This document shows positions 28,802 through 36,891 of a DNA stretch of 44,362 nucleotides, in pieces. The notes below the pieces were generated by a model. It was given only the letters and a program-made list of their open reading frames with translations. It did no database searches and was not told where the DNA came from. Source of the DNA: a virus; UHGV virus genome UHGV-0253961. One strand, written 5' to 3'. The position numbers and the translations under genes are program-made. Position 1 is the first letter of the stretch; every line of letters starts with the position of its first letter.

Positions 28802-29002
28802 TTAATAACCTCCTAAAATCCCAAAATATAAAAAGTGTAAAAATAGCAAGATAGAAAGTAAAAACATGGTAACGGAAAACCCAATCGTTACATATTCCTT
28901 GTATTTAATTCCTTCAACAAAAAGATATATTATAAATATCTCCATTAAAACAAAGACTATAGACAATGTTATAATTGTAATCATATATATAATTTCACCC
29001 AA
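28802..29002 (-). CDS. Small two-TM membrane protein (66 aa)
   Basis: Very hydrophobic and AT-rich ORF, 1 nt upstream of 28402-28800. Confidence 0.45.
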   Translation of the reverse strand: MGEIIYMITIITLSIVFVLMEIFIIYLFVEGIKYKEYVTIGFSVTMFLLSILLFLHFLYFGILGGY

Positions 29003-29005
29003 TAT

Positions 29006-29176
29006 TTAATAACCTCCGTATATGCCATTTAAATGAGCGTGGTCATTCTCGTCAAAGTCCTTAGGCACTTCCACCTCATCATTTGCAGTTAACTTATAAT
29101 ACAACTCTCTACCAATCCATTTACCTAACTCATACATAGCGATAGTAAACCAAATCTTTAATATGCGTTTAATCAT
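29006..29176 (-). CDS. rinB: RinB-like transcriptional regulator (56 aa: MIKRILKIWFTIAMYELGKWIGRELYYKLTANDEVEVPKDFDENDHAHLNGIYGGY)
   Basis: Not in the ORF track because it is under 60 aa. The protein was translated by hand. Strong RBS AAGGAGGG. The pattern MIK.IL.....AMYELGK.......TANDEVEVP..F matches the RinB family of staphylococcal phages. Confidence 0.6.
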   Translation of the reverse strand: MIKRILKIWFTIAMYELGKWIGRELYYKLTANDEVEVPKDFDENDHAHLNGIYGGY

Positions 29177-29321
29177 TGTAACCCTCCTTATGTTTACTTA
29201 ACGCCTTACTCTTACTCTCTGCCTCTACCAACGTCATACATTCATTCTCTCTAGGTTGTTCTACATCTACATACACATTACCTGTATCGTCTTTAAATTC
29301 TCTAATTAGGAATTGTTTCAC
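29169..29321 (-). CDS. Possible small ORF (50 aa, GTG start) overlapping the rinB start
   Basis: Open frame between 29326-29508 and rinB. It ends with an ATGATTAA overlap onto the rinB start codon. There is no strong RBS. Confidence 0.25.
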   Translation of the reverse strand: MKQFLIREFKDDTGNVYVDVEQPRENECMTLVEAESKSKALSKHKEGYND

Positions 29322-29325
29322 GGTA

Positions 29326-29508
29326 TCACCAACTCACTCTTTCTAATCGTTTTTGATAATATGGCAAAGTATCATAGAACTCTCTAGCCTCTGTTTTCCA
29401 ATAAAATCTTTTTCCGTGTGATTCGCCATTATCATCAACCCATACTACATTCCATTCACTCATGCTAAATGTATCTGTAAGTCCTTTAATAAGTCCTAAC
29501 ACTCCCAC
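29326..29508 (-). CDS. Hypothetical small protein (60 aa)
   Basis: ORF in the operon orientation downstream of dut. Confidence 0.45.
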   Translation of the reverse strand: MGVLGLIKGLTDTFSMSEWNVVWVDDNGESHGKRFYWKTEAREFYDTLPYYQKRLERVSW

Positions 29509-29551
29509 TCACTCCTTACCTAGTATTCTTTTAATCTCTGCTACTATGTCT

Positions 29552-30064
29552 TTAGTATCCTGTTGATCCAAAACCTTGCTCTCCTCTTTCTGATTCACTG
29601 CTAAACTCCTCTACTTCTTTTAACTCTGGTGTCCAAATAGGTACGATAACAAGTTGAGCCAGTTTATCGCCTTTGTTGATTTTGTAAGTGCCTCGTTCAT
29701 ATAAATTACGTTCCTCTTCAAATATATTTTCGCCAGCTATATCTTTTAAGAAAATTGTTTCTGACTTTTCATAGTAACTATAGTCATTCTTAATATTAAT
29801 CTTCATATTACCTTGAAAACCTGCGTCTATCTTGCCTGTTTCGATCACTAAATGTGTTTTACTACTTACACCACTTCTTGATGTCAATAGCCCTACATAC
29901 CCCTCTGGAATGTTTACTGCTACATCTGTTTTAATTACTGCTTTCTCCTGTGGCTCAAGTATTACTGTTTCTGCCGAATAGATATCGTACCCAGCATCTA
30001 ATCTATCTCTCTTCGGCATAGTCGCATTTTCTGTTAATAATTTAATTTCTAGTTCTTTAGTCAT
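29552..30064 (-). CDS. dut: Trimeric dUTPase with the staphylococcal-phage-specific extra motif VI insertion
   Basis: Motifs AGYDIY (II), SRSG (III), GKIDAGFQGN (IV) and RGEQGFGSTGY (V). A roughly 45-aa insertion lies between IV and V, as in the phi11/80alpha Dut proteins. Confidence 0.9.
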   Translation of the reverse strand: MTKELEIKLLTENATMPKRDRLDAGYDIYSAETVILEPQEKAVIKTDVAVNIPEGYVGLLTSRSGVSSKTHLVIETGKIDAGFQGNMKINIKNDYSYYEKSETIFLKDIAGENIFEEERNLYERGTYKINKGDKLAQLVIVPIWTPELKEVEEFSSESERGEQGFGSTGY

Positions 30065-30254
30065 TTATTGTTCCTCCATTTTCTACTAAACTCTTTGAAT
30101 TACTTTCTACTATCTTGTCGTACAACTTTGCTTTGCGATACACCTCGTTAAGCTCTTTGATTAACAAACACCCGTCATGCCCTGTAAAAGCTGTAGATGA
30201 TACTATGCAGCGTTGGATAAACTCTCTATTGTCCATTGCAAGCCTCCAAATCAC
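30057..30254 (-). CDS. Hypothetical small protein (65 aa)
   Basis: ORF in the operon orientation. Confidence 0.4.
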   Translation of the reverse strand: MIWRLAMDNREFIQRCIVSSTAFTGHDGCLLIKELNEVYRKAKLYDKIVESNSKSLVENGGTIND

Positions 30255-30483
30255 TTAATAAATTTTGGAACTCATGCGTTCCGTCTAGTTGGTCCATATA
30301 TTTTAAATCTCGCTTTAATTCGTTTTCACTTACCATTTCGTTAGCTATCTCAAATAAATGATATTGATTGTATGGTGTTATAATTTGATTTACTGAGCGA
30401 TGTACTTCCACATATTCTTTTAATTTCTTCTCTTTCAACTTTATCCATAAACTTTTATAATCTTTATCTTTCATTATCTGCAC
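30226..30483 (-). CDS. Hypothetical small protein (85 aa)
   Basis: ORF in the operon orientation. Confidence 0.4.
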   Translation of the reverse strand: MQIMKDKDYKSLWIKLKEKKLKEYVEVHRSVNQIITPYNQYHLFEIANEMVSENELKRDLKYMDQLDGTHEFQNLLSDLEACNGQ

Positions 30484-30763
30484 GCTCCTTAAAATTTATA
30501 ATCACATGACAGATGTTTTGAAATATTGCATCCGGTTCTCTATCTTTTAATGTCCCGTTAACGATTAAATCATCTATCTCATCAAACGCCTCTGCCTTCT
30601 TTTTAATTTCTGCCATATCATTGATGAGTTCATCACGTTGTTTCTTGTATGAGTCACGTTCATCTCTGAACTTCCACCAATCACTACGCGGATAGCTTTC
30701 GTCTAAATCTAAGTCTTTATTCCTGATAAATTCTAATAATTGTTCTTTAGTTATTTCTGCCAT
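30464..30763 (-). CDS. Hypothetical acidic protein (99 aa)
   Basis: ORF in the operon orientation. Confidence 0.4.
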   Translation of the reverse strand: MAEITKEQLLEFIRNKDLDLDESYPRSDWWKFRDERDSYKKQRDELINDMAEIKKKAEAFDEIDDLIVNGTLKDREPDAIFQNICHVIINFKERADNER

Positions 30764-30765
30764 TC

Positions 30766-31110
30766 CTATCCCTCATTCCATTTAGAATTCTCTTTCAAAA
30801 GCCCTGCATTTCTTAACTCATCATTTAAACTACATTTCCCGTCCTCGTACCATACATTAGCGAGATATCTACCAAACACATCGCTCTTGTATGTCTGAAC
30901 GTATATATCTTTATTTTCTACACATGATCTAGTTAATGCTGTTGCCTCTTTATAATTCTCTTGTCCTCTCTCTGGCGTATCGACACTTAGCAAACGTACA
31001 CGACGTTTAGCATAGGTATCAAAGCCACAGTCCAGTAAAATATCTATCGTGTCCCCGTCCACAACATTGGTGCATGTTGCTTTGTAGGTGTAGAGATTGT
31101 TGATGTCCAA
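30766..31110 (-). CDS. SNase-like (staphylococcal/thermonuclease-family) nuclease domain protein (114 aa)
   Basis: VVDGDTIDI followed by RVRLLSVDTPE and later R..Y matches the SNase Ca-binding and catalytic pattern (DGDT...R.IDTPE). Confidence 0.6.
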   Translation of the reverse strand: MDINNLYTYKATCTNVVDGDTIDILLDCGFDTYAKRRVRLLSVDTPERGQENYKEATALTRSCVENKDIYVQTYKSDVFGRYLANVWYEDGKCSLNDELRNAGLLKENSKWNEG

Positions 31111-31665
31111 TTAGTTATCCTCCAATAATTCTGGGTTTTCGTTAATTCTTTGTTTTATAACTGTCCAATCACAATTGTATATCCTAGCTATTTTGCTAAT
31201 GCTCAGACCGTTTCCCAAGTGTTGTTTTAATTCCTTTGAATCAATATTATACTTACGTTTCATCTTCATCCCTTTTCTTTTACGACCAGCTTCAGCAATT
31301 TTATCTCTATGACTTTGCGTAAGAGATTTCCCTTTATTATGACCTGACAAGTGTTGACTTGCTGTTAAGATTGTAAGGTTTGATTTTGAAGCATCCGATT
31401 TGTCGCCATTAATATGATGAACGTGTTCGTCCTTCCCCAATTTTCCACCTAACCAATACATCATTAATAATCTATGTACATGGTATTTTTTATCGTGTAC
31501 AGAAACACAAGGGTAAAGACCATGCATATAAATTTTTTTATTACTTGAAGTGGGTTTGCTTTGAACCCATAATATAGCTTTTTCTAATTCTTTATAATCA
31601 ACTTTGCAATTACATTCATTTCTAAAATTTATGCTTTTTTGTGAATTAACAATCAATTTTCTCAC
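31111..31665 (-). CDS. Freestanding HNH endonuclease with a C-terminal HTH
   Basis: HVHHINGDKSDASKSNL is an HNH motif. The C-terminus GLSISKIARIYNCDWTVIKQRI is helix-turn-helix. Confidence 0.75.
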   Translation of the reverse strand: MRKLIVNSQKSINFRNECNCKVDYKELEKAILWVQSKPTSSNKKIYMHGLYPCVSVHDKKYHVHRLLMMYWLGGKLGKDEHVHHINGDKSDASKSNLTILTASQHLSGHNKGKSLTQSHRDKIAEAGRKRKGMKMKRKYNIDSKELKQHLGNGLSISKIARIYNCDWTVIKQRINENPELLEDN

Positions 31666-32069
31666 TCCTCACTTAATAAATTTTTATTTTCAAACACATT
31701 CCCTAATACTTCCAACTCATCTTGATTACTAAATGCTAACACTGTGCCACATCTAAAATTATCTAATCTCCATTCTCCAGTTCTAGCTTGTACAACTTCA
31801 AAGGGGTAACTAAAACATGGATTAGGTTTCTCTGAATGTTGAACAATATCTCCCTCATAAATCTCAACGCCGTTCTTATCTTTAAGTCCTGTTGATTGCA
31901 TAAGTTCAACAGATGAATGCCATCTTTTATGATCTCCTTTACCGTTAGAATTTACTTCGGCTAAATGTATAATTCTTGCACCTCTGCGACTGAATTCAAT
32001 AGTTTTTACTTTATGCATTTTCTTTTCTTCTTTATCCCAAACTCTAAATTTAATCATTATCTCAAACAC
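31662..32069 (-). CDS. YopX-family protein
   Basis: The N-terminus MIKFRVWDKEEKKM and overall size are typical of the SPbeta YopX-like family common in staphylococcal phages. Confidence 0.55.
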   Translation of the reverse strand: MFEIMIKFRVWDKEEKKMHKVKTIEFSRRGARIIHLAEVNSNGKGDHKRWHSSVELMQSTGLKDKNGVEIYEGDIVQHSEKPNPCFSYPFEVVQARTGEWRLDNFRCGTVLAFSNQDELEVLGNVFENKNLLSEE

Positions 32070-32242
32070 CCCTTGTTCTTTTTAATATCGTTTTCACTAA
32101 CTTTCATCGTCACTCTGTTTTCTGCTATCTTAACCACAAAGCCTTTGACACCTAACTCACGTAACTCATGCTGTATTTGTGTAGGTGTCTTGCCTTGTGT
32201 GTTGTATTTGTAACGTTGGTTGATCGTGTCACTTAGCAGCAT
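32057..32242 (-). CDS. Hypothetical small protein (61 aa)
   Basis: ORF in the operon orientation. Confidence 0.35.
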   Translation of the reverse strand: MLLSDTINQRYKYNTQGKTPTQIQHELRELGVKGFVVKIAENRVTMKVSENDIKKNKGCLR

Positions 32243-32843
32243 TTATTTTGTCCTTAACTTCTTTTTGTTTGTTTAATAATTTAACAAAGTTGATTCCTAC
32301 TTTAGTTAAGTTACGATCAGTTGAAGTTAAATTAAGTTTGTTAATACGCACTAATTCTTTCCGACTTATCAACGCTATATTTTCTTCGCTACAATCTGAC
32401 CTGTTTTGGTTCAAGTGTATTAAGCAATATCCTTTTGGAACAGGTCCATGCTTTTGTTCCCACAAATAATGTGTGTATTGTTTCCAACATTCGTTTTTAG
32501 AACCTCGTTTTTTGATTTTTATAAATTTGTAGCCATCAGTAGTGGTTTTTATCGTTCCTAAAGGAAATGTGTTATCAGGTTTTTGACCTTTTTTGAATTG
32601 AGTTTCAGAGCTTCTTCCTCTAGACGGAAAACTTTTGCCTTTGTTCCAAGAAGGCACACCTTTTTTAAACTTACAATCAACGCCACTTCTTATCCTTTTT
32701 CTCGAACAAAAACCTTTCATTTTCTCTATAGTGACATCAGAACCAAATTCTTTGTTAAACATTTCTGTCATTTCTTTTTTAGTTTTACCTTTGATGTTAT
32801 CTCGGATATATTTTTCGTGTTCACCAGTCCAAATATGCCTCAT
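32229..32843 (-). CDS. Freestanding HNH endonuclease (NUMOD4-like N-terminus plus HNH_3 motif)
   Basis: The N-terminus W.GE.W..I is NUMOD4-like. GYCLIHLNQNRSDCSEENIALISRKE is an HNH_3 motif. Confidence 0.7.
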   Translation of the reverse strand: MRHIWTGEHEKYIRDNIKGKTKKEMTEMFNKEFGSDVTIEKMKGFCSRKRIRSGVDCKFKKGVPSWNKGKSFPSRGRSSETQFKKGQKPDNTFPLGTIKTTTDGYKFIKIKKRGSKNECWKQYTHYLWEQKHGPVPKGYCLIHLNQNRSDCSEENIALISRKELVRINKLNLTSTDRNLTKVGINFVKLLNKQKEVKDKINAAK

Positions 32844-32848
32844 GGCTA

Positions 32849-33103
32849 CTATTCTCCTAACAACTTAGGGATTTCTGATTCTGCATCTAATTTTTCATCT
32901 TTAAACTTTTGTGCTTGCAGGACTAAACTGCCATTATTAATGATATTTTGAGCTACTTTAGAAACTGCGCTAGATCTTTGTAACTCCTCTTTTAATTCTT
33001 CTCCTTTTAAATCTTCATCGCTTAATCTTTCTAATTGTGCAAATAAATGATTGTTTAAATCTGTCAATGTGTTTCTCATTTCATTAACCCTCCCACTTCT
33101 CAA
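32849..33103 (-). CDS. Hypothetical coiled-coil protein (84 aa)
   Basis: ORF in the operon orientation. Confidence 0.4.
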   Translation of the reverse strand: MRSGRVNEMRNTLTDLNNHLFAQLERLSDEDLKGEELKEELQRSSAVSKVAQNIINNGSLVLQAQKFKDEKLDAESEIPKLLGE

Positions 33104-33413
33104 ATGCTCTATTCAGATACCAACGCGCCTTGTCTAAATCTTCTTTACCGTTCTTACGATTAGCACGACTTATATACTTGATTGCATTACCAATCGCAAA
33201 TGCTAACTCTGGTTTGTAATCTTTAGTGACCTGTTCTATGAAGTCTACGACTTCTATATCTCCATACGTATAATGTGACGGGTGGTTAACCTTGTCATCT
33301 AATGTCTTTTTAGTTCCTTCATTTCCATTAGGTAATGAGTAAAAATCATAACAATCATCAATAGTCCAAGTTCTCCCGTCAATTGCTTCTACATCAGCAA
33401 CCCATTTATCCAT
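33084..33413 (-). CDS. DUF3310-family phage protein
   Basis: VNHPSHYTYGDIEVVDFIE and KYISRANRKNGKEDLDKARWYL match the DUF3310 signature. Confidence 0.6.
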   Translation of the reverse strand: MDKWVADVEAIDGRTWTIDDCYDFYSLPNGNEGTKKTLDDKVNHPSHYTYGDIEVVDFIEQVTKDYKPELAFAIGNAIKYISRANRKNGKEDLDKARWYLNRAFEKWEG

Positions 33414-33414
33414 A

Positions 33415-33528
33415 TCAAGACTTGACTGAACTAAACGATAAACATTTTTTTATTTGCACTGTAATTTCAACACCGTTAACTTCTTGGATTCTGATTCTAT
33501 CGCCTATAATCAAATCTTTAATGCTCAT
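33415..33528 (-). CDS. Possible small ORF (37 aa: MSIKDLIIGDRIRIQEVNGVEITVQIKKCLSFSSVKS), translationally coupled on both sides
   Basis: Its ATG overlaps the upstream stop (ATGA). Its stop lies 1 nt before the downstream ATG. Confidence 0.3.
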   Translation of the reverse strand: MSIKDLIIGDRIRIQEVNGVEITVQIKKCLSFSSVKS

Positions 33529-33884
33529 GATCTAACCACCTTTCTAGGGAATATGTCATTCTCCATAAGATGCTTGCACCATTTACCACGAGGGTGTTTT
33601 TGAGGCACTGTGAATAAATGTGGTTTCTTACGTTTTAACTCTTGTAATCTGCGTTGCTCCATTCTCTCTTTATAACTAGCAATTTCGTCCTCTTTAGGTT
33701 TTAAACTATCCCACTCACTACGTCTTACTCCAATAGGTGCTTCTATTGCATCTTCAAACTTCCAACCAGAAGCTAATCTTTGTCTTAAGATATCGGGATT
33801 GATATCTGCTTCTTTCATTTTCTCTACTACATTAGGTGTAATAGAGAAGTATTTATTTTTAACTCTCATTTTTGTTGCTTCCAT
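33525..33884 (-). CDS. Hypothetical basic protein (119 aa)
   Basis: ORF in the operon orientation. Confidence 0.45.
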   Translation of the reverse strand: MEATKMRVKNKYFSITPNVVEKMKEADINPDILRQRLASGWKFEDAIEAPIGVRRSEWDSLKPKEDEIASYKERMEQRRLQELKRKKPHLFTVPQKHPRGKWCKHLMENDIFPRKVVRS

Positions 33885-34076
33885 TTATTCCACCTCTATT
33901 AATTCAACTAGTTTAAAATCTTCGCTCATCAACTCTTTGTCAGGATTCTTACTGATTAAATCTAAAATGCGTTCCTTTTCATCACTTGCAGTAATTTGAT
34001 TGTTTACCCAAACTGGATACTTACATCTAACTTTCATTGTTGCTTCGACTGTGACTGTTTCTTCTCTATTAGCCAT
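33885..34076 (-). CDS. Hypothetical small protein (63 aa)
   Basis: ORF abutting its neighbours. Confidence 0.4.
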   Translation of the reverse strand: MANREETVTVEATMKVRCKYPVWVNNQITASDEKERILDLISKNPDKELMSEDFKLVELIEVE

Positions 34077-34450
34077 TACTCATCACCTACCAATTCGCCA
34101 TCTTTCCAGATGAGTGTCATTGTATCTCCGTCTTTCAACCAGAATTCTCTGCTAAGGTCATCTTTTACTTGTTCAATAGAATTCCCAAACCATTGCTTTC
34201 CATAATTATCTTGAAATATCTCAAGCATTTCTGGAATTTTTGTATCTTCTGTAAGTTCTTCTTCAACTTCTACTGTGAAAGTTTCATCTTTATCAACTTC
34301 ATGCTCTATAAAAACTCTTTCGGCCATATCAAAATGCACATAATGACCATCAATATTGCTATAAAACATTTCACTTTTAATTCCATTCTTCCATGCCCAT
34401 GTAATCAACTCTGGTAATGTCATTTCAACTTTCTTTTTAATCTTTACCAT
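34076..34450 (-). CDS. Hypothetical acidic protein (124 aa)
   Basis: ORF in the operon orientation. Confidence 0.45.
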   Translation of the reverse strand: MVKIKKKVEMTLPELITWAWKNGIKSEMFYSNIDGHYVHFDMAERVFIEHEVDKDETFTVEVEEELTEDTKIPEMLEIFQDNYGKQWFGNSIEQVKDDLSREFWLKDGDTMTLIWKDGELVGDE

Positions 34451-34853
34451 CCTTCATCTTCTCCTTCTTACGTTTTTTGCGTACCTTGATTAGTTCTTCA
34501 TACGTTATCCACTCTTGACCTGTATATTTAGGCGCTTTACATATCCACGTGAGTGGTACTTCTCTGTTTTGATATCTAAATATCTTTGATTTTATTTTGG
34601 CTTCTGGAGTAGGCATACCTTTTACATCTATCACTTCGATTAGCTTGCCATCTTTCCATAAAGCAAAATCTGCTACATAGTTAATAGATCTGAAATTTTC
34701 AAATTTAGGTTGTAATTCGTACTTAGGTTGCAACTCTATATGGTCATATCCCTTACCTAAGTTACGTTCTAAATATTGGTAGTAGTCGCATTCAATTTTG
34801 CTATCGAACACAAAACCTTTATATTCAACTTTTTTAGAATTGTATTTACTCAA
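34437..34853 (-). CDS. Putative PD-(D/E)xK-fold nuclease (DUF1064-like, possible resolvase)
   Basis: YVADFALWKDGKLIEVIDVKG fits a D...(D/E)xK core. It is followed by a basic tail. The position is where RusA/DUF1064 resolvases occur in related phages. Confidence 0.4.
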   Translation of the reverse strand: MSKYNSKKVEYKGFVFDSKIECDYYQYLERNLGKGYDHIELQPKYELQPKFENFRSINYVADFALWKDGKLIEVIDVKGMPTPEAKIKSKIFRYQNREVPLTWICKAPKYTGQEWITYEELIKVRKKRKKEKMKDGKD

Positions 34854-34862
34854 AACTCCACC

Positions 34863-35108
34863 TCAAAATAATAATTCGTTAATTGTCATCTGTTGTTGCA
34901 GTTCTTCTTTTCTGAACAACTTGTGCTTACGTTTCAGTTTTTCTAACTCATCTTTCGTTACTGTTCCTGAAAATGTGTTTCTAAAGTGTATGCCTGCATA
35001 GTTACCTAACTTATAAGTATCTTCTCCTAACGGCGTTACACTGCACATCTCCCAACCGTCAATCTGATACAACATGTATTGCTTTTTAAGTCCGTCGATA
35101 AGCCCCAT
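34863..35108 (-). CDS. Hypothetical small protein. The start is uncertain: ATG at 35108 with a GGAGG RBS, or at 35132
   Basis: ORF in the operon orientation. Confidence 0.4.
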   Translation of the reverse strand: MGLIDGLKKQYMLYQIDGWEMCSVTPLGEDTYKLGNYAGIHFRNTFSGTVTKDELEKLKRKHKLFRKEELQQQMTINELLF

Positions 35109-35307
35109 CTGGTTGCCTCCATTTCGTTTCATTCATGATTAATTCCTGAACTTTTTCATATTCGTCAAATGGTGATATCGTTTTGTTTTCTAACAAACGT
35201 TTAACTGCCCAGCCTGACTCAATAAGCGTCTTAGCTATTAATGGGTCGTTTTGATAATCTTCTCGATACATAACGCCTAACAACTTTTGATATTCAACTA
35301 CTTTCAT
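35086..35307 (-). CDS. Hypothetical small protein (73 aa)
   Basis: ORF whose start overlaps the helicase stop. Confidence 0.4.
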   Translation of the reverse strand: MKVVEYQKLLGVMYREDYQNDPLIAKTLIESGWAVKRLLENKTISPFDEYEKVQELIMNETKWRQPDGAYRRT

Positions 35308-36545
35308 GTGAAGAACCTCTGCGTTTTCTTGTAGTATTCAAACTCAACTACACCTGTTTCTCCGTCTTTATTCTTTGCGATGTTACATTCAACAATTGAC
35401 TTGCCTGAGTCATCAACATCATCACGGTTGTAGTAATCATCTCGATATAACAACATAGCTAAACTTGCATCTGCTTCAATCCCACCTGCTTCTTTCATGT
35501 CAGATAGCATAGGTCTTTTGTCATTTCTTGTTTCTACACCTCTGCTCAATTGAGATAGCAACACAATAATTGCACCTGTTTCATTTGCAATAATCTTCAA
35601 ATCTCGCGATATCTTTTCGATACCATTACGACGATCTAACTTACTGTCTGTCTGCATAAGTTGTAAGTAGTCAATGAAGATAACCTGTTGCACATCTTTG
35701 TTTTTCATCGCTTGTTTACGTATATCATGTGTAGTAATATTGCTTTTATCGTGTATATCTATATCAAGTTTGAGTATTTTGTCTGCTGCAGTTGTTAAAC
35801 GTGTTAATTCATCCGGTTCTAAATCTTTAATTTCTTTGATACGAGTTAGTTCTATCCCAGTTTCTGCTGATAACATCCTTTTCAATACAGACACGCCAGT
35901 TGTCTCTAGACTGAAGAATGAAGTTTTATAGCCTTGAGACGCTATATTAAGCATCATATTAAGCGCAAACCCCGTTTTACCTACTGACGGTCTCGCAGCG
36001 ATTACAATCAACTGTGTAGGCTCTAAACCACCTATTTTGTAATCCACCAGTTTATAACCTGTATTGATTTTTTGTTTTGGTTCTTCGCTATATAATTCTT
36101 CGACAAAGTGATCTACAATTTTTTTAGTCCCACTTTCTTCACTTGCACTAATTAAACTGACCTTTTGTAGTTTGTTAAGCATTTCATCAAAATTTTGTAT
36201 ATTCGGATCAGAATTGAATTCTTGTAATACGTTTTGCGTACGCTCTATTTGATAAAGATTGAGCAAATCTTGTTGATATCTTTCAAAGAATCCGTAACCT
36301 ATAAATTTTGAGTTATACAAATTTGAAATGGTGTCCATATCTAGGAATGACTTATCTTTTGTGGTTTTTAAATAGATTTCGTTATGATCTACCTTACCGA
36401 CTTCGAATACATATTCCATAAATGACTTCATACCATCATGTGAGAACATTTCCGGTCTCACACGTAACTTCTCAATTATGTCCGGTTTTTGAAGTAAACT
36501 AGCAACGATTGTACTTTCGATTTCATGACGTTCATTCATCGTCAC
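35304..36545 (-). CDS. Replicative DNA helicase, DnaB-like C-terminal RecA-fold domain
   Basis: Walker A ARPSVGKTGFALNM, Walker B IFIDYLQLM and the IIVLLSQLSRGVE motif of DnaB-family helicases. Confidence 0.85.
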   Translation of the reverse strand: MTMNERHEIESTIVASLLQKPDIIEKLRVRPEMFSHDGMKSFMEYVFEVGKVDHNEIYLKTTKDKSFLDMDTISNLYNSKFIGYGFFERYQQDLLNLYQIERTQNVLQEFNSDPNIQNFDEMLNKLQKVSLISASEESGTKKIVDHFVEELYSEEPKQKINTGYKLVDYKIGGLEPTQLIVIAARPSVGKTGFALNMMLNIASQGYKTSFFSLETTGVSVLKRMLSAETGIELTRIKEIKDLEPDELTRLTTAADKILKLDIDIHDKSNITTHDIRKQAMKNKDVQQVIFIDYLQLMQTDSKLDRRNGIEKISRDLKIIANETGAIIVLLSQLSRGVETRNDKRPMLSDMKEAGGIEADASLAMLLYRDDYYNRDDVDDSGKSIVECNIAKNKDGETGVVEFEYYKKTQRFFT

Positions 36546-36891
36546 TCACTCCAAACTCACTTAACTTCTTTCTGAAGTCGTCTAATATCTTTTTACGTTG
36601 TGCTACGTATTCTGGATCATTTTTCATTCTCCAACGATGTCTAGCAGTTTTTTCGTCGACAGGTTCTTCTTTTACGACTTTGACTTCTTTCCTCATTATG
36701 TTTGGAATACTAGGTGGATAAGGATTAGCATCATTGATATATTGCATTACTGTTTTTTTAGTCGGTTCATAATCCCCGTTTTGGCTCAAAATGTTAACCC
36801 ATGTTTCTAATTTAGGTCTGTCAAAGTCAATGTTGTATACATGTCTAATTGTCTTAATTACTTCTAGGGCTTGTTGTTTAGTCATAGGCAT
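36532..36891 (-). CDS. Hypothetical protein (119 aa) between the replisome organizer and the helicase. It is a possible helicase-loading accessory
   Basis: ORF overlapping both neighbours by a few nt. Confidence 0.45.
   Translation of the reverse strand: MPMTKQQALEVIKTIRHVYNIDFDRPKLETWVNILSQNGDYEPTKKTVMQYINDANPYPPSIPNIMRKEVKVVKEEPVDEKTARHRWRMKNDPEYVAQRKKILDDFRKKLSEFGVSDDE

Noticed and set aside
33441-33452. A T7 homopolymer (A7 on the coding strand) inside the small ORF upstream of the DUF3310 gene, considered as a slippery frameshift or phase-variation site fusing the two ORFs
   Set aside because: After frame-checking, the small ORF terminates at TGA with one nt before the DUF3310 ATG. Its own ATG overlaps the upstream stop (ATGA). 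The arrangement is ordinary translational coupling. It is not a frameshift.
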